A DNA stretch of 60,000 nucleotides from Lytechinus pictus (taxonomy: Eukaryota): NCBI RefSeq assembly GCF_037042905.1, contig NC_087263.1, positions 13,270,001-13,330,000 on the forward strand, in the 5' to 3' direction. The stretch's first letter is position 1, and the number at the start of each line of letters is the position of its first letter. Both the position numbers and the translations under genes were made by a program. The notes under the pieces are model-generated. The model worked only from the letters and a program-made list of their open reading frames with translations. It ran no database searches and was not told where the DNA came from. Positions 42,075 through 55,074 of this stretch are shown here, one piece after another.

Positions 42075-42120
42075 GATGATGATGATGATGATGATGATGA
42101 GTTGTTGGTGGTGGTGGTCG
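41180..42120 (+). repeat. (GAT/GGT)n microsatellite complex containing a ~260-bp duplicated unit
   Basis: GGTAAATATGAT...ATCATCACAGTGATCA...GAAAGAGTAAATGGTGGTGCYAAGGCGGTGG occurs twice (~41619, ~41869). Confidence 0.9.
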
Positions 42121-43439
42121 TTGGGGGTGAGTGGTGATGTGATTACCACTGATTTCACTCTCCTCCTCATCTTGTTTTCCACTGTTCCTTCACTGTACTC
42201 TGTGATTTTTCATTCAATCTTATAATATCCACTTTATATCAAATGCCCCCCCTCCCACCTCTCTGGACCATCTGACTCACAAAAAATGTATCCTCCTTTC
42301 TGCAAACCCCCCTCTTCATCTCTTCTCAACTCCCAACATAAACAACTTTGTAAGAAAAACAGTCAAGTTCAAAAATAGGTTTCCTGCAGTAATATTCTAC
42401 AGCATGACTGTTCTCTATCAATTCTTTTATGCAGCTTAACATACAAATATATTTCTATAAAGCATTCATATTCATATGACACATCACACATTTATTATCA
42501 ACTTAGTTTACATTTGGACTTTGGAGGAATGGATGCTGCAAAGATAACAAAATTGTCCACAACCATGACAACACGAGCAAACCGTGTATTGTATTTTTTA
42601 TATTGAAATCTCTTAATAAATAACGCAATATCCAAATACTGGTATGTTCAATATATATTATATTAATTTGGTGAAAAGCAGCTGTTGTTTTGCAACATTT
42701 TCCCCCATATCCATGCACACAATTCACTGGTGATGCTCTGTGTACATCGCATACAGCTGCACCTCAAACGGAAAGGGATCCATTCCGGTTTTGCAAAAAT
42801 CTACACTCACCTTTTCTCTCGTTACATCTCATTTTTCCTTCTGCTAAAAGCTTTGACAGTCCAATCCAGACATTCCTACTCCACCAGACACACACGATCC
42901 GTCACCTTCGTCCACCATTTTGAAACAAAATCGGTGCCTCTTCCCTCAAATGTTGCCAAAATCCAGATATTTGCCGAGTCCTTCGAAGGTGTTTCGGCAG
43001 ACTTCCCCACACAATTCATGTAAGATACGGGATGCGTGCGGCTGGTCGCCAAACGGTAGCCGAGTTGCTGGGGCAGGTTGATCGCAAATCAGCAAGGGAT
43101 TCCTTCTTCAACTAGAGACTAGTCTACGCATTCAGCCACATTAAACCGTATCCGTTCCTCTTTCATTTCGATTTCGTATAGCCAGGCATGGACCATAGAG
43201 CTATGGACCTAGGTCCATGAGCCAGGTAACAGCTACATTTCCGTCATTTGGTATTCGTTCTCCTAATTCTTCAAGAGATGTATTTTTCTATTAGGGCAAT
43301 CTTTCCTAATAGGGAACAAGTGAGGTGGGGAACGTGGGGGAGGGGGTCACAGACGTTGACAGTGACACCCTCTATTGTTTTCCATCTGATATCTTTATCT
43401 GATCAATTGTTCTTCTGTATGGTTGACCTAATCTATTTT

Positions 43440-43470
43440 ATGATGGTGACGATGATGATGTTGGTAGTGG

Positions 43471-43501
<31 letters not shown>

Positions 43502-43560
43502 GGTGTCGGCTGCGAGGGCGGTGGAGCTGGTGGCGATAATGAGGATGAAGATGATGTTGG
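43440..43560 (+). repeat. (GAT/GGT)n microsatellite
   Basis: Direct inspection. Confidence 0.85.
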
Positions 43561-44299
43561 GAATCTTCCGAAAACACAAACATAGCAAAACAAAGACGAC
43601 GATTATGGGGATCATTGAAATTATGTCTTTATTCATCCTTAGTCCCAAATTTCCTCAGGACCTTTGTCGATGTGCCCCCTTCGTTTTCCTATATTAAGTT
43701 TTCGAAAATTTTATATATTCCTGTCCCCCCCCCCCCCCCCCCCACTCCCATTGAAGAAAAAAATATATAAATATGGCCATAATGTAAATTTGTTAATTTC
43801 GTTATATAAGACCAGATCCTGTAGGATAACAATAGCCGATTTGCTTATAATATTCTGACTATTAATTATCCCGGTGAGAGGCTGTGGTCCTATCTTCAAT
43901 AATGTAACCAAAATAATTGTTGATTCAAGTCAAGCAAATGACAAATTGCCAAATCCAAGAAAAAAAAAGAAACTCATTTTTTTTCTTTCTAATATAAGAT
44001 GCCCCTCTTGAATTGATTCTGTATTTTTCATTCGTATCTATTTTTATTAGATGATTAAAATCTTCATTCTTTACCGTGTATACTTGTTTGGACAAAGTAT
44101 TGCTTGTGTGTGTGGGGGTGTTTTTTTTTCTCAAGCAAGTCTTCTAGGCAAGTGATTCATTAATGAATTGTCTTTCACATCCTCGGTCAACTTTTGTGAT
44201 TGATACACATCAGGACTAAAGCAGGAATGTAGGGCAACATGATTGGCAAAATTGGTATCGAAGGTAGGTTGATGGGGAACAAGGATGACGATGGATGTT

Positions 44300-44341
44300 G
44301 CAAATGGTGATGATGATGTTGATGGTGTTGGTAATGGTGGG

Positions 44342-44372
<31 letters not shown>

Positions 44373-44587
44373 GATGATGATAATGATAATGATGACGATG
44401 ATGATGGTTGTGGTGGTGCATGATGATGAGGATGATGACGATGATGATGGTTGTGGTGGTGGGGATGATGATAATGATGGTGGTGGTGCATGATGATGAT
44501 GACGCTGGTGGTGGTGGTTGTGATGAATGTGATGAGGGTGATGTTGGTAAGGATGATGATGTTGATAATCATGATGATGATGGTGAC

Positions 44588-44653
<66 letters not shown>

Positions 44654-44700
44654 AACGGAGGCGAGGACGTTGTCCACGATGATGGTGATGACGATGATGC
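44300..44700 (+). repeat. (GAT)n microsatellite complex
   Basis: Direct inspection; source of the poly-M/D/H/I ORFs. Confidence 0.9.
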
Positions 44701-45355
44701 AAGTCAAGAGAGATATTACCACGAGACTACGACTTGCAGCATACAGTGAAATAGATGACGTCACCATCCACCAATCGAGGGAACCTCGCATGATGTCATC
44801 AATTCTTCCTCTAACAAACCAGACTTCTCCCAGTTGTTTCATTGAACTATATCTACACAAGCTCACACAGAGACACTGCACATTTCGATGAAACGGCTGG
44901 GGTTACCACAGGTTGTCCCAGAGCCATTCATTTATTTTATGAATGAGCACACCTGAGTGTGTTTTCTTTTGTTTGGTTTATGAGAACAGACCAATGTATT
45001 GATGAAATCGACGGCAACACCCGCCTGAGTCACCGTTATCCCATGATTATGATGGTCAATTCCAAATGAATTGAGGCTCTTTTTTTTTAGAGAGCATCTC
45101 AATTTTCGTTGATCATGATATTGAAATATATCTACTGTTTTAGGGAAATGTGTTCTTAACTAATACTTACAAATATGTTGTAACACACACCAGCATGAAA
45201 CTAGAATTTAAAAGTATCATGGATGTGTTAAAAATTATTCAGTTGTTAATAACTTGGGAGAAACAATAGAACTCGGGGAGGAGGAGGAAGGGAGAAGAAG
45301 AAGAAGAAGAAGACAAGAAGGCAGCTAGAAGAAGGGAGAGGAGGAGGAGGGGGAG

Positions 45356-45390
<35 letters not shown>

Positions 45391-47978
45391 AAAAAGAGAA
45401 AGGAATTTGACGATGACACTGATTGGGATTTGAGATTTAAAAATGAAATAAAATACGGTTCACAAAGAGCATTCTCCTACAATTCTTCTCACTATCTCTT
45501 CTGAATGAAAATCCCTCAAAACCATTTTCTTTTGAAATACAATTATGTTGTAGATGATGGAATGTCACCAAAACCCTTAAAAACTGTTAAGTAATATGAC
45601 AAACGAAACAAGAATGAACACGTTGAGTAAAAGGATAATCAATGAATGGGTATAGGGTCTAGTCCGATTGATGAATTCCAAGAAATTCGTGTCGCCATTT
45701 CTTGCGAAATAGCTTTAAAAAATGTTGAAACCCCCACAAAAACCAGGGGATAAGTGAGTCTGATAAATGACAACACTTTCTTTATTTTACCGTTGCCTCA
45801 TCTTCATTGGTCTCATGCATGGTCATGTGATGGTGAGGTATTACCTCGTTTTGTAAAGTCACGAGTTTATTACACATTCTATTGAAGAATGATGGTGTCA
45901 ATACGATAACAGTATTAAAAATGTCTTTAGAAATAGATGTACACCGCTAAAATCCACACTGGCATACCGATGAGAACCCCCCCCCCCCCCCCCATTCATC
46001 AAGTTTTACGACCAAGGTAAAATGAGGAAAGGGGAGGAAAATTAAGGAAAAGGTTGAGATGTGATTTAATTTTCTTAATATTTCAATTATGTCCAAATGC
46101 AGGTTTATCAGAAGATAAGATTTTTATATTGAAAATCAAATGGTAAAGAAATTCATTGCTCGACTCACTCACTCGCATTATTTTAGAAATTGTGCCCCGT
46201 GCTCCATGTTTGCAAGAATTTTTTTTTTTTTTTTTGCTGGTAAGAAATGATGACCAGATAGCCGCCCCTCCCTGCTCATGAAAAACGTCTTTGAAGCATT
46301 GTTCTCGTATAGAAACGACGACGATGGCCGATCGGGGGGGGCATGTGGTTCTGCTGCCACTTTCAGGGAGCGTCAAAATGGGAAAAGAAGGGCAGTTATG
46401 GAAGAAATAGACATTTCAATCTATACCCGAAGACTTAACGGGCGCCAAAATTCGAAAGGGACACGATCTTTTCGCTTGCACGCGGAGACGAAATCGCCAA
46501 CGGATAGAAAGTCAACATGTATACGTATTCTCTTACAAAAAATATATTGTTGACAATCTACAAATAAAACATATAGTTATCAAAAGGAAAGTGAAATATG
46601 GCAAATACAGTACTATCATGAATACAGGGTAATTACTCAAATTAACAAACCCCCTTAACGCCAGGGGACCCAAGTAAATGAAATACTTTTCTATTGTATT
46701 TTTTTAGTCACATTATTCATCGAGCACCCCCCCCCCCCCCCCCCACCCCCTTGTAGATCCAAATTTGCCTTATTGTCGCTGTCCCACTTTAGTTGATGCG
46801 CTTTAATGAATATTCAGTCGCCTCGTTCAGTCGTAATCCATCATTTTCTCTCCAAAGTCTAGCAATCCATACCCAGCTAGCATCATCCGATCAATTTTCC
46901 CCGAAACCTCCCGACTCATCGCACCTGAATGTAGGGCGAGCGATACCAGAGAAACAAAAATATAGGAAATAATTTGGAACCCCGGTATCAGAGATGTAAG
47001 ATATCCACGGTTTCAACTCTCTGGATAATCGGTTTCTTTAGTAAATGAATTAGAACTCCGTTTCGATTGACTGGGTAGTTCTAGGTTTTTTTTTGTTTGC
47101 AATTCTCGATTCCTGGTAAAGGGACTGACAGAGGATATAAATGGGGGCGCTTGGGGGCACCCCCTCCACAAAAAAAAGTATTTCACGACCGAGAAAAAAA
47201 AGTAAACAGGGGAAGGAATGAAAGGGGACAAGGGAGCGTAATGATAGTTGTTAAACCTTCCCTTTTTTAAAGACGCTCGACGTTTAATTTTGCCCCATTA
47301 TATATGCCATGTTGTGCCCCCCCCCCCCCCCATTTTATTGCCTGTTGGTTCATATTACCCCTGGGTAAAGTGTATCAAGTTTTCGGTACAAGGCGGGTGT
47401 TTTGGAACCTAATTTATATTTGCAAAATACCATTGGATTTTTGTAGGGAAATTTTGCTGTTTCCACGCAGATTCACATGTCAAAAAGCTTTTACCATGAT
47501 TGTAAAGTTCCCTGGTAAAATGTATCATTTGGGGGAAGGTTTTCTCTTTTCTCCTTTGAAAATTACGTATTCTCTTTGAAAAAAAAATTGGTGTAAAATA
47601 TTTAGATAGGTCACATGGTTTTTTCAGATATCACTACAGTTGTGCATGAGAGTTATGTATTCATGACAATGATTTTCATTATGACAGCTTTTGAGGCCAT
47701 TAAGTTTTTTCCCCAAACCTTTTCGGTAGAATAAAAATTCTTTATTAATTAAAAAAAAGCAATTGTGATCTGAAGGTCGAAAAACATATTTTCAAACAAA
47801 AACAAAGCATAAGAGCAGGTCCATCGCATTAACTATCTAAAAGACATGAAATAATAATATTCTGTAACTAAAACAAATAAATCCTAAATATATCATGAAT
47901 GAGTGAACAATTGTTTTCCTTTTATAATCAAAGGTCCTTATAACTAGCAAAATTGAGGTCGCGGGTGGAGCCCTATAT

Positions 47979-48201
47979 CAGGAGCGGATCCAGGAATTTT
48001 CCGAGGGGGGCATTTTGTACAGAAAATTTTAAGAACCAATAAAAAGTTCTTTACCACATAATTGAGCTCATTTGTTCCAGGAGGGGAAAAATGACTAGCG
48101 CCTTTGCATGGCATTTTTACAATAAAAAGTATTGGGGGGGGGGGGTCTCAAAAGGGGGACACGGTCCGGCTGTGCCCCCCCCCCCCCTTGATCCGCCACC
48201 G
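47979..48201. mobile_element. hAT-like MITE (CAGGAGCGGATCC terminus)
   Basis: CAGGAGCGGATCCAGG ... CCTTGATCCGCCACCG; CTATAT on both flanks. Confidence 0.6.
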
Positions 48202-48519
48202 CTATATAACCTTATGATTTACCACGACTGTTAAAACAAAATTAGAAGAGACATCATTTTAAGTTTTGAAAGGAAGGTTATATCCATTGCATTATTTCAT
48301 CACCCAAATATAGATCAACGTCAATTACATTATGTACTATTTCATTCTAAGCATACTATTATACTGAACTCTATAACGTTGTATATTTTTCCAAAAGTCA
48401 ATGGATTAATGATCATAACCGAGATATGTCTCTTTCGCACGCTATATTCATTGTTCGCCTACCGAAATTTCAATAGTGAGTGGTGTATATAAAAGTTTTA
48501 TACGCGGTTTGTTTACATA

Positions 48520-48640
48520 ATTTATGACGGCATACATGTACAATACGCTTACCCAAGTGCAAACTCGGTATGTGTTTTATGACGTCATCTGTGACGTTGA
48601 CCTCAGTTCGGATGTAGTGGATCAAGTTTTCTCACGTCAA
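48520..48640. promoter_or_regulatory. Candidate ATF/CREB-Jun (CRE) cluster
   Basis: Palindromic ATGACGTCAT (48579-48588) plus TGACG half sites at ~48525 and ~48592 and CGTCA at ~48635, within 120 bp of apparently unique sequence. Confidence 0.4.
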
Positions 48641-49491
48641 TATTTCCTCTGATCTAGTTCGTCAACTTTGACCTATCATCTGATTTTTCTCGTTGGAAAA
48701 ATAGGGAATTTTCAATTTCTCGGTAAGATTTGAGCGTTTGGAATGTTCGCGTCGATTGGAGTTTGCAAAGTACTTTCTATGTGTATGACTACCCCCCCCC
48801 CCCCGTCTCCCCTCCCTTCATAAAACAGAATGTTGATGATTTAAGTTTTTTGCCTATTCATTTATTCTTTATTTTCTTATGTCTGTCTGTTTTTACTTGT
48901 CAGAATTGTTACGGGTTACGGGAATGTATTTATGGAAATGGCGATGAACATCAATGGTAGAAATAAATATTTTGTTTACAGATATAGCCAATATCATACA
49001 TAAATTATCCATAATTTTCAGTTACAATAGCAAACAGGCAATAATTTGCAATTTGATTTGCCGATCTTCGGCTAACGTTGCATTGTAAATTCATATCTAT
49101 TTACATTAAGTGTCACTTTACGATGCACATTGTATTGTGATAAAGACAATAAATCGGAAGAAAATTATGTAGTGATCCATGAGACCATATCACTTTATAA
49201 AACTTTAAGCTTATTGAAAAAACAGTTTGATATTATCAGGCAGCGATGAAAGTAATTGGAAATGTTGATATTTTCTTCGTGGAATGAGGTGGAAGTACTT
49301 TTTTAAATCAATTGTTCGAGTGTTGAAGAGGACGATCCATAATAGAGCATGGTATTATCTGTTGAATTCATGATGAGATTATAGTAGTGGTTGGCGGTTG
49401 CCTCCCAAGGTCTGCGGAGTTCCACCTACACTATTGAGTATGAGTGGGACTGATGCACTCTTTGCGGTAAAATCACAATTAAACAACATCC

Positions 49492-49496
<5 letters not shown>

Positions 49497-49555
<59 letters not shown>
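49497..49555. repeat. (TA)n microsatellite
   Basis: Direct inspection. Confidence 0.95.
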
Positions 49556-49558
<3 letters not shown>

Positions 49559-50562
49559 GACGATATTACGTTCCGCGTGTTTGACATAGAAGATATTAAT
49601 GAGGCAAAGTGGTAATGCATTGTACTTAGTTCCAACAGTTTATTTTGAATTCCAAATTTTCGACGTCTTCCTCAGGGATACAATAAAGCTCACAGAGACA
49701 AGAACTGAAATAATAACATTCATGATTGTGGTAGTCATGGAACCGCGCACAAAACAGCATCACCATCATAATAATAATTAAAAAAAAGCATATTGGAGGC
49801 GCAGGCTGTAAAAATTATCGCGTGAGGATATCATTGTTACGTAACAATCACTTATTATGACGCCACCACAATCATGAAAATGCAAGAATAGAAAGGATAA
49901 AGGCTTATAATATATCAAGAAAATAAATTACGATAAAAGGAGGTGACAATTGCCTCCCAAATCACTCTATCTTGAAATCAACTGTTAATAATGTATGGAG
50001 GAGAGTAGAGCAATAATAATGATAATAAACCTATGAGAAATTCTTGAAATTATTTATAAAAATTGTATTTGTCCAGCCAAGACAGATCCTTGTTTAGGCC
50101 ATACTGAAAACTTCGGCTATGAATAATGGCTCGAAGTTCAGCGACAACATTGTTTAAAACATTTTGCCTCCGACGAAGATTCTGCTAGGATCGAAAGCTT
50201 AGGCCCCTCTTTGACTTTATAAATTATTATTAAAGTAATTATTTGTCTAGAGTTTAAAAAAGGATACAGTAAAACCGGAAATAAACAACATGCAGGGTGA
50301 ATTCCTGACAAAAAAGGAGATATTTTTTTCAAAAGGTGCTCATCATGGAAAGGGGGCTCGATATAAGGGCACAACTGCCACAACAATTATTGTATCCTTT
50401 ATCATAGCCCTGGGAAGTGGGGGGGGGGGGGTGCTGGTGGTGCTGAAGATTTACCAGGTGGGGGGGGGGAGGGGAAGCTGTTTGTATTATTCACCTTAGG
50501 CAGCACCCCATGTGAACAAAAATCGTTCCCAGTGCCCTACTCTTTGTGTAATGCGGATGAGG

Positions 50563-50593
<31 letters not shown>

Positions 50594-53500
50594 CGGGGGG
50601 GGGGGGTCACGCGTCCCGTGTGTTCCCCTGGATCGCCGGTTGAATACCCCCCCCCCCCCCGCCACCACCACTGTATATACCTCCTAGTATGAAGTCATCA
50701 TGTTTGTGCTATAATTCCAATAATCTAGCCAAACATAAATTATGAGTAATAAATATGAGAGGAAAATAGTCATTGTAAATAAAATAATCATGACAATAAT
50801 CTCTGGAATCCAATGGCTAAAATTTGAAAGGCCATTTTACCACGAGGATTTAGACGTGGCGCCGACATTCCGAAACCCTTATTTGTTATTTTTTAATCAT
50901 TTGTTTTTCTTTTTATTTTTGATGTGTAACCATAGTGTTGTTATAACACGCTGACAACACATAGAGACTAAAAAAATAAAGACAAAAAAAAGTTACAATG
51001 ACTTTATCTCTCGAATATCTGTTGCTCGAACTAAGCGAAAATCATCACCACTGCCATAGTGGATGTAGCCCCACCCCCTCCCATCTTCTCACTCACAACA
51101 CACATACAACTGTACAAAATGGTATGCATCCTTTTGATGAAATTTCTGTATATTGTTGTTGATTTTTTTTGTTTGTTTGTTCGTTAGTTTGTTTGTTGTT
51201 GCTGCTGTTGCTGTTATTGTTAATTGTTTTTGCAATCTCATGATGTAAGCATTTACATCGCATGCGATCCCTATTAAAATTTAGGCAGAAATTTGTAAAA
51301 TAGTGAACGCGGTGCAGTGTTTCAGTTTAAGCTTCCACGAGAATGGCGATACTTTATACTATGCTTTGATTTTGAAAAGATAAGCTGCACAAACGGTCAA
51401 AAGTATAGACGTTTTATTCAAATTCAGTGCTGTTTGACTTTATGAAGATCTGACTTATTAATGGCTAAAATTTATAAAGCGAGCATTTCACTGTTTTTTA
51501 ATATTTATTCAGTTGTCTAAAATCAGGCGGAAATCTAAAAGAAAGGGAGAAATTTCGATCATGATTCTGATCGGAGAATAGGAGACTTCAGAAAAGATGT
51601 AGATGAAAACAAAATAAATGAATAGGCCTACTTTGTCTACGTATCTATATAATCTTTCTACCATCGGTGTACCTTCTTTTTATATCTATATTCAAATGAA
51701 AGAATAAAGACAATAATCTAAAAAAAATTACTGATGAATTAATAAGTTAACAAATAAAAGGAAATAAAAACAGAGCAGGTACATGGTCGCTTGTTTCAAT
51801 TTTAATTTCAGTGGCGCTTTTTTACCGGTGGTGGCGCAAACCCATATTGTGTAACAATCATTACAATTACATGCACCGAGTAACAATGGGTTTTTTTTAA
51901 CAAGAAAGCAGAATAAAAATTAGGAATATTCAACTCATGGTGACAAGTTTCAATAGAGTTGTTTAGATTTTTAATAGAGTTGTTTAGAACAGGGAATTAA
52001 ATACATCCATGGTTTTGCCTGTACTGTTGAGATAGTGATACGCCGCATACAAATGGCAAGATTCAATTTACTTTTGGGGATTGGCGGGAAAATGAACCAA
52101 AAAGAGAGAAAAATTATCAAAACGAATTTATAGGCAAATAATTGTGATGAATAAGTCAATAAACAATTAAGTTATACAACAGAAGACTTGAAAATGGGGG
52201 TATAAGCATTCCAATTGTACTCTTAAAGGGAGGAAAATATATAAAATTAAAATACCCCCGCCGGGTAGCAGTTTGAAATTGTGAATATCTAAATCATTTG
52301 GTTTAAACCGATGTTTAATTTTTTTTTATACTGGTAAGGATCATTGAAAAGAAAAGTTATTTATAATAAAGAAACCTTTATCTAAAGACATTCTGCTTCA
52401 AAAGTTTTCTCCATGCACATTTCCGTTTAATGTAATTTAACCATGTAGCGTACTAATTTTATTGAATATGCTTACGCTGCTGTTCATGTTATTGCATCAA
52501 AGTTTTGTAACGTAACGGATTTGTGGAAATAAAACCGAAATGAAATGATGAATAGCAATGAAGTAAATATCATGTATTTTTGGTTTTTATTATTTGAATC
52601 ATACCTCCATTCGCTTTTTCGTTTTTATTCGTATAAAGGCGTATATATCACTGTCTTGGACCCACTTGATTTAACAAAATAAATTTTACAGACAAATAAT
52701 ATGCTCACAATAATGTATTTATATAATGCAAAGGAATTAATCATCATTCTGTCATTGCAAGGAAGGGAAATATACGGATAAAACTATTCATCTGCTCAAA
52801 TTATCTTAATAATTGAATATGCAACTCTCTATCACTGATACTTCGAAACGAAATGCCACACGAGTGGTCTTGCGGTGCTGGCGCCAAGCGGCAATGCATG
52901 GTCAACCGCCCCAAACGTTCGGCGATGCGGGGTGCTGCTTTCCGGTCGGAGAAATGGAAGAGACTGCTATAATATAAGACCTACTCAAATTGGGAATATA
53001 CGTGGGTGGGGCGTGGCGGAAAATAAAATGTTTTCACCTAAATATCCGAAGGAAATGCTCTCAGAAAATAACGGAGAATGATGATGTGGTAGATTATACA
53101 GGAGATTATTTTGTGGTATCAATTATTGCGTAATGATTCTTTTATCGTTTTGAAGAGAAGAATGCTCGCTTTTTATTGGAAAAATGTTGACTTTCATTTT
53201 AATGATGCGTGGGGATTTCGGAGATGGCATAAATCAGCTAAAGAAGAATTAAGACTAGGCCTATAGATATTCACCATTTTTATTGATGGTAATTGTCCAG
53301 AATGACTTGAACGACCATCCCCCATATCGATGCGTGTATATGATATTCATATTCTTTCTTCGCAAAGAGATGGTTATAATTTTTTTTTTACTATGAGGCA
53401 TACTCCCTTTTGTTCTCCAAAAGTGTGATCATGATTGTGATAATGAAAACAGCCAGCACATTCTATTCTTGTTATTTAAAAATACAAAATATTCTGGAAA

Positions 53501-54835
53501 TCATTGGGTAATTTTTCAAATTCTAATTAATTCCAGGAAAAAAATCCCCCCTTCCTATCATAATCGAAAATTTTATTGTTATAATAATTTAATGCATCTT
53601 ATTCTAAACGAACTTCAAAGATTCACTGCCTTTTATCAAAAGTGCCTCGCAAATTTTTGTTCATCGTAAAGGGATAGCACTCGTATGACTCATCGTTTCA
53701 AAACCCCGCGTGATATCAGGAGTTATTGGGACACTATTCACTCAAGTCACCTGACATATTTAGGTCACGTGACGCGTTAAGCAATCGTAAGATTGAGGAG
53801 GGGACCCCTCTTATTATTTCTACACCCTTCTTTATTTCACCGTTGATGATGACTTTGACGTATTTCATGTATAGATTAGGGAATTTTCGCATCGCGATTC
53901 AGGACAGATTCCAGAACGCAGTAAATGTATTGAAAATGTCTGTCAAATGACAATGAACAGCTGGAAGGTCTTTGTCAGAAATTCGTGAACCGGAACAGTA
54001 GTTTTCATCCGAGGTTTCGGAGCTGACGAAAATTTGAGTCCAGCACGAAACTGTTGTTTTGATTCACCAGTTTTCGACAAAGACTTCTTGGTCATGTTGG
54101 TTGCTCTGTGTCATGAAGGGCATTTGACAGTACATTTTGTATGCTCTATATGCAGAACAACCGACAGTGGAGTATTATGGGAAGGGACGGGGGGGGGGGG
54201 GGGGGCTGAGTCTTATATTTCAGGAGTGTTTTGTTTTTGTTTTATTTTTAGAGAGAGGAAGATAAGCGAGCGAGCGAGCGAGCGAGAAAAAATGATTAAA
54301 ATTAAAAAAAGAAAGATTATCCATGTAAATGAGCCAATTGACAGAGAAGTAGGCCTATAGATTTGGTGGGAGGGGGCTGAATCTTACTGAATTTATTTCT
54401 CTTTAGTTTTGGAGAGAGAAGTGAGCAAGCCCCCCCCCCCCAAAAAAAAGGAAGAAATTGTTTGAATACTCTTTATAGATTTTCCATGTATAGTCAAACT
54501 TTGACAATGATAGAGTTGTCTCTTTCAACCCAAGTGTTAATCACAAAGAAAACAAGCCCCGTAAAATGTATAGGATGAAATAAAACATTTTGTTCTTTGC
54601 ACAGTATAGGCTCCTCTATGATAGCCAACCTCGCGAAAAGGGGAAACTAGAAAATGTGATGATATCATGAACATTAATATAAAAATCGCTCATAGAATGT
54701 TCGCATGTTCATTTTATGAACATTATTTCAATCTCTATTGCAATTTTAGATTTTGATGTCAAACATAAAGGGTCAACATTTGCTCGCTCGCTACTTTTTA
54801 CATTAAATACCCATGCAATACCCATGCCGCAAACG

Positions 54836-55074
54836 CATGGCCGTACGCAACGGGGGGGGGGGGGGGAGGGGGGGTGCCAGGGGGCAGTTGCCCCTCCCCC
54901 GAAATTGTGAAAACTTGCATTTTTACTGCAAATTTACACAAAATTCACCAAAATCATGCACCAAATCCTTCAAATCACTTGACAAAATGCAAAAACGCCC
55001 CAATGACAAGCTCGGTCACTTCACCCCCTCGCTTTCAATTTTTTTCTCGAAAAATTTCTGCGTATACGGCCATT
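54836..55074. mobile_element. hAT-type MITE with perfect 8-bp TSD
   Basis: CATGGCCGTACGCA / TGCGTATACGGCCATT; TSD CGCAAACG at 54828-54835 and 55075-55082. Confidence 0.85.

Noticed and set aside
42503..43023. ORFs in the unique stretch between microsatellites
   Set aside because: No recognisable protein features; may be UTR or promoter-proximal sequence, but coding status is unsupported.
39671..44891. Long ORFs rich in M, D, H, I and S (up to 221 aa)
   Set aside because: Translations of (GAT/CAT)n microsatellites in several overlapping frames; no domain or splice support.
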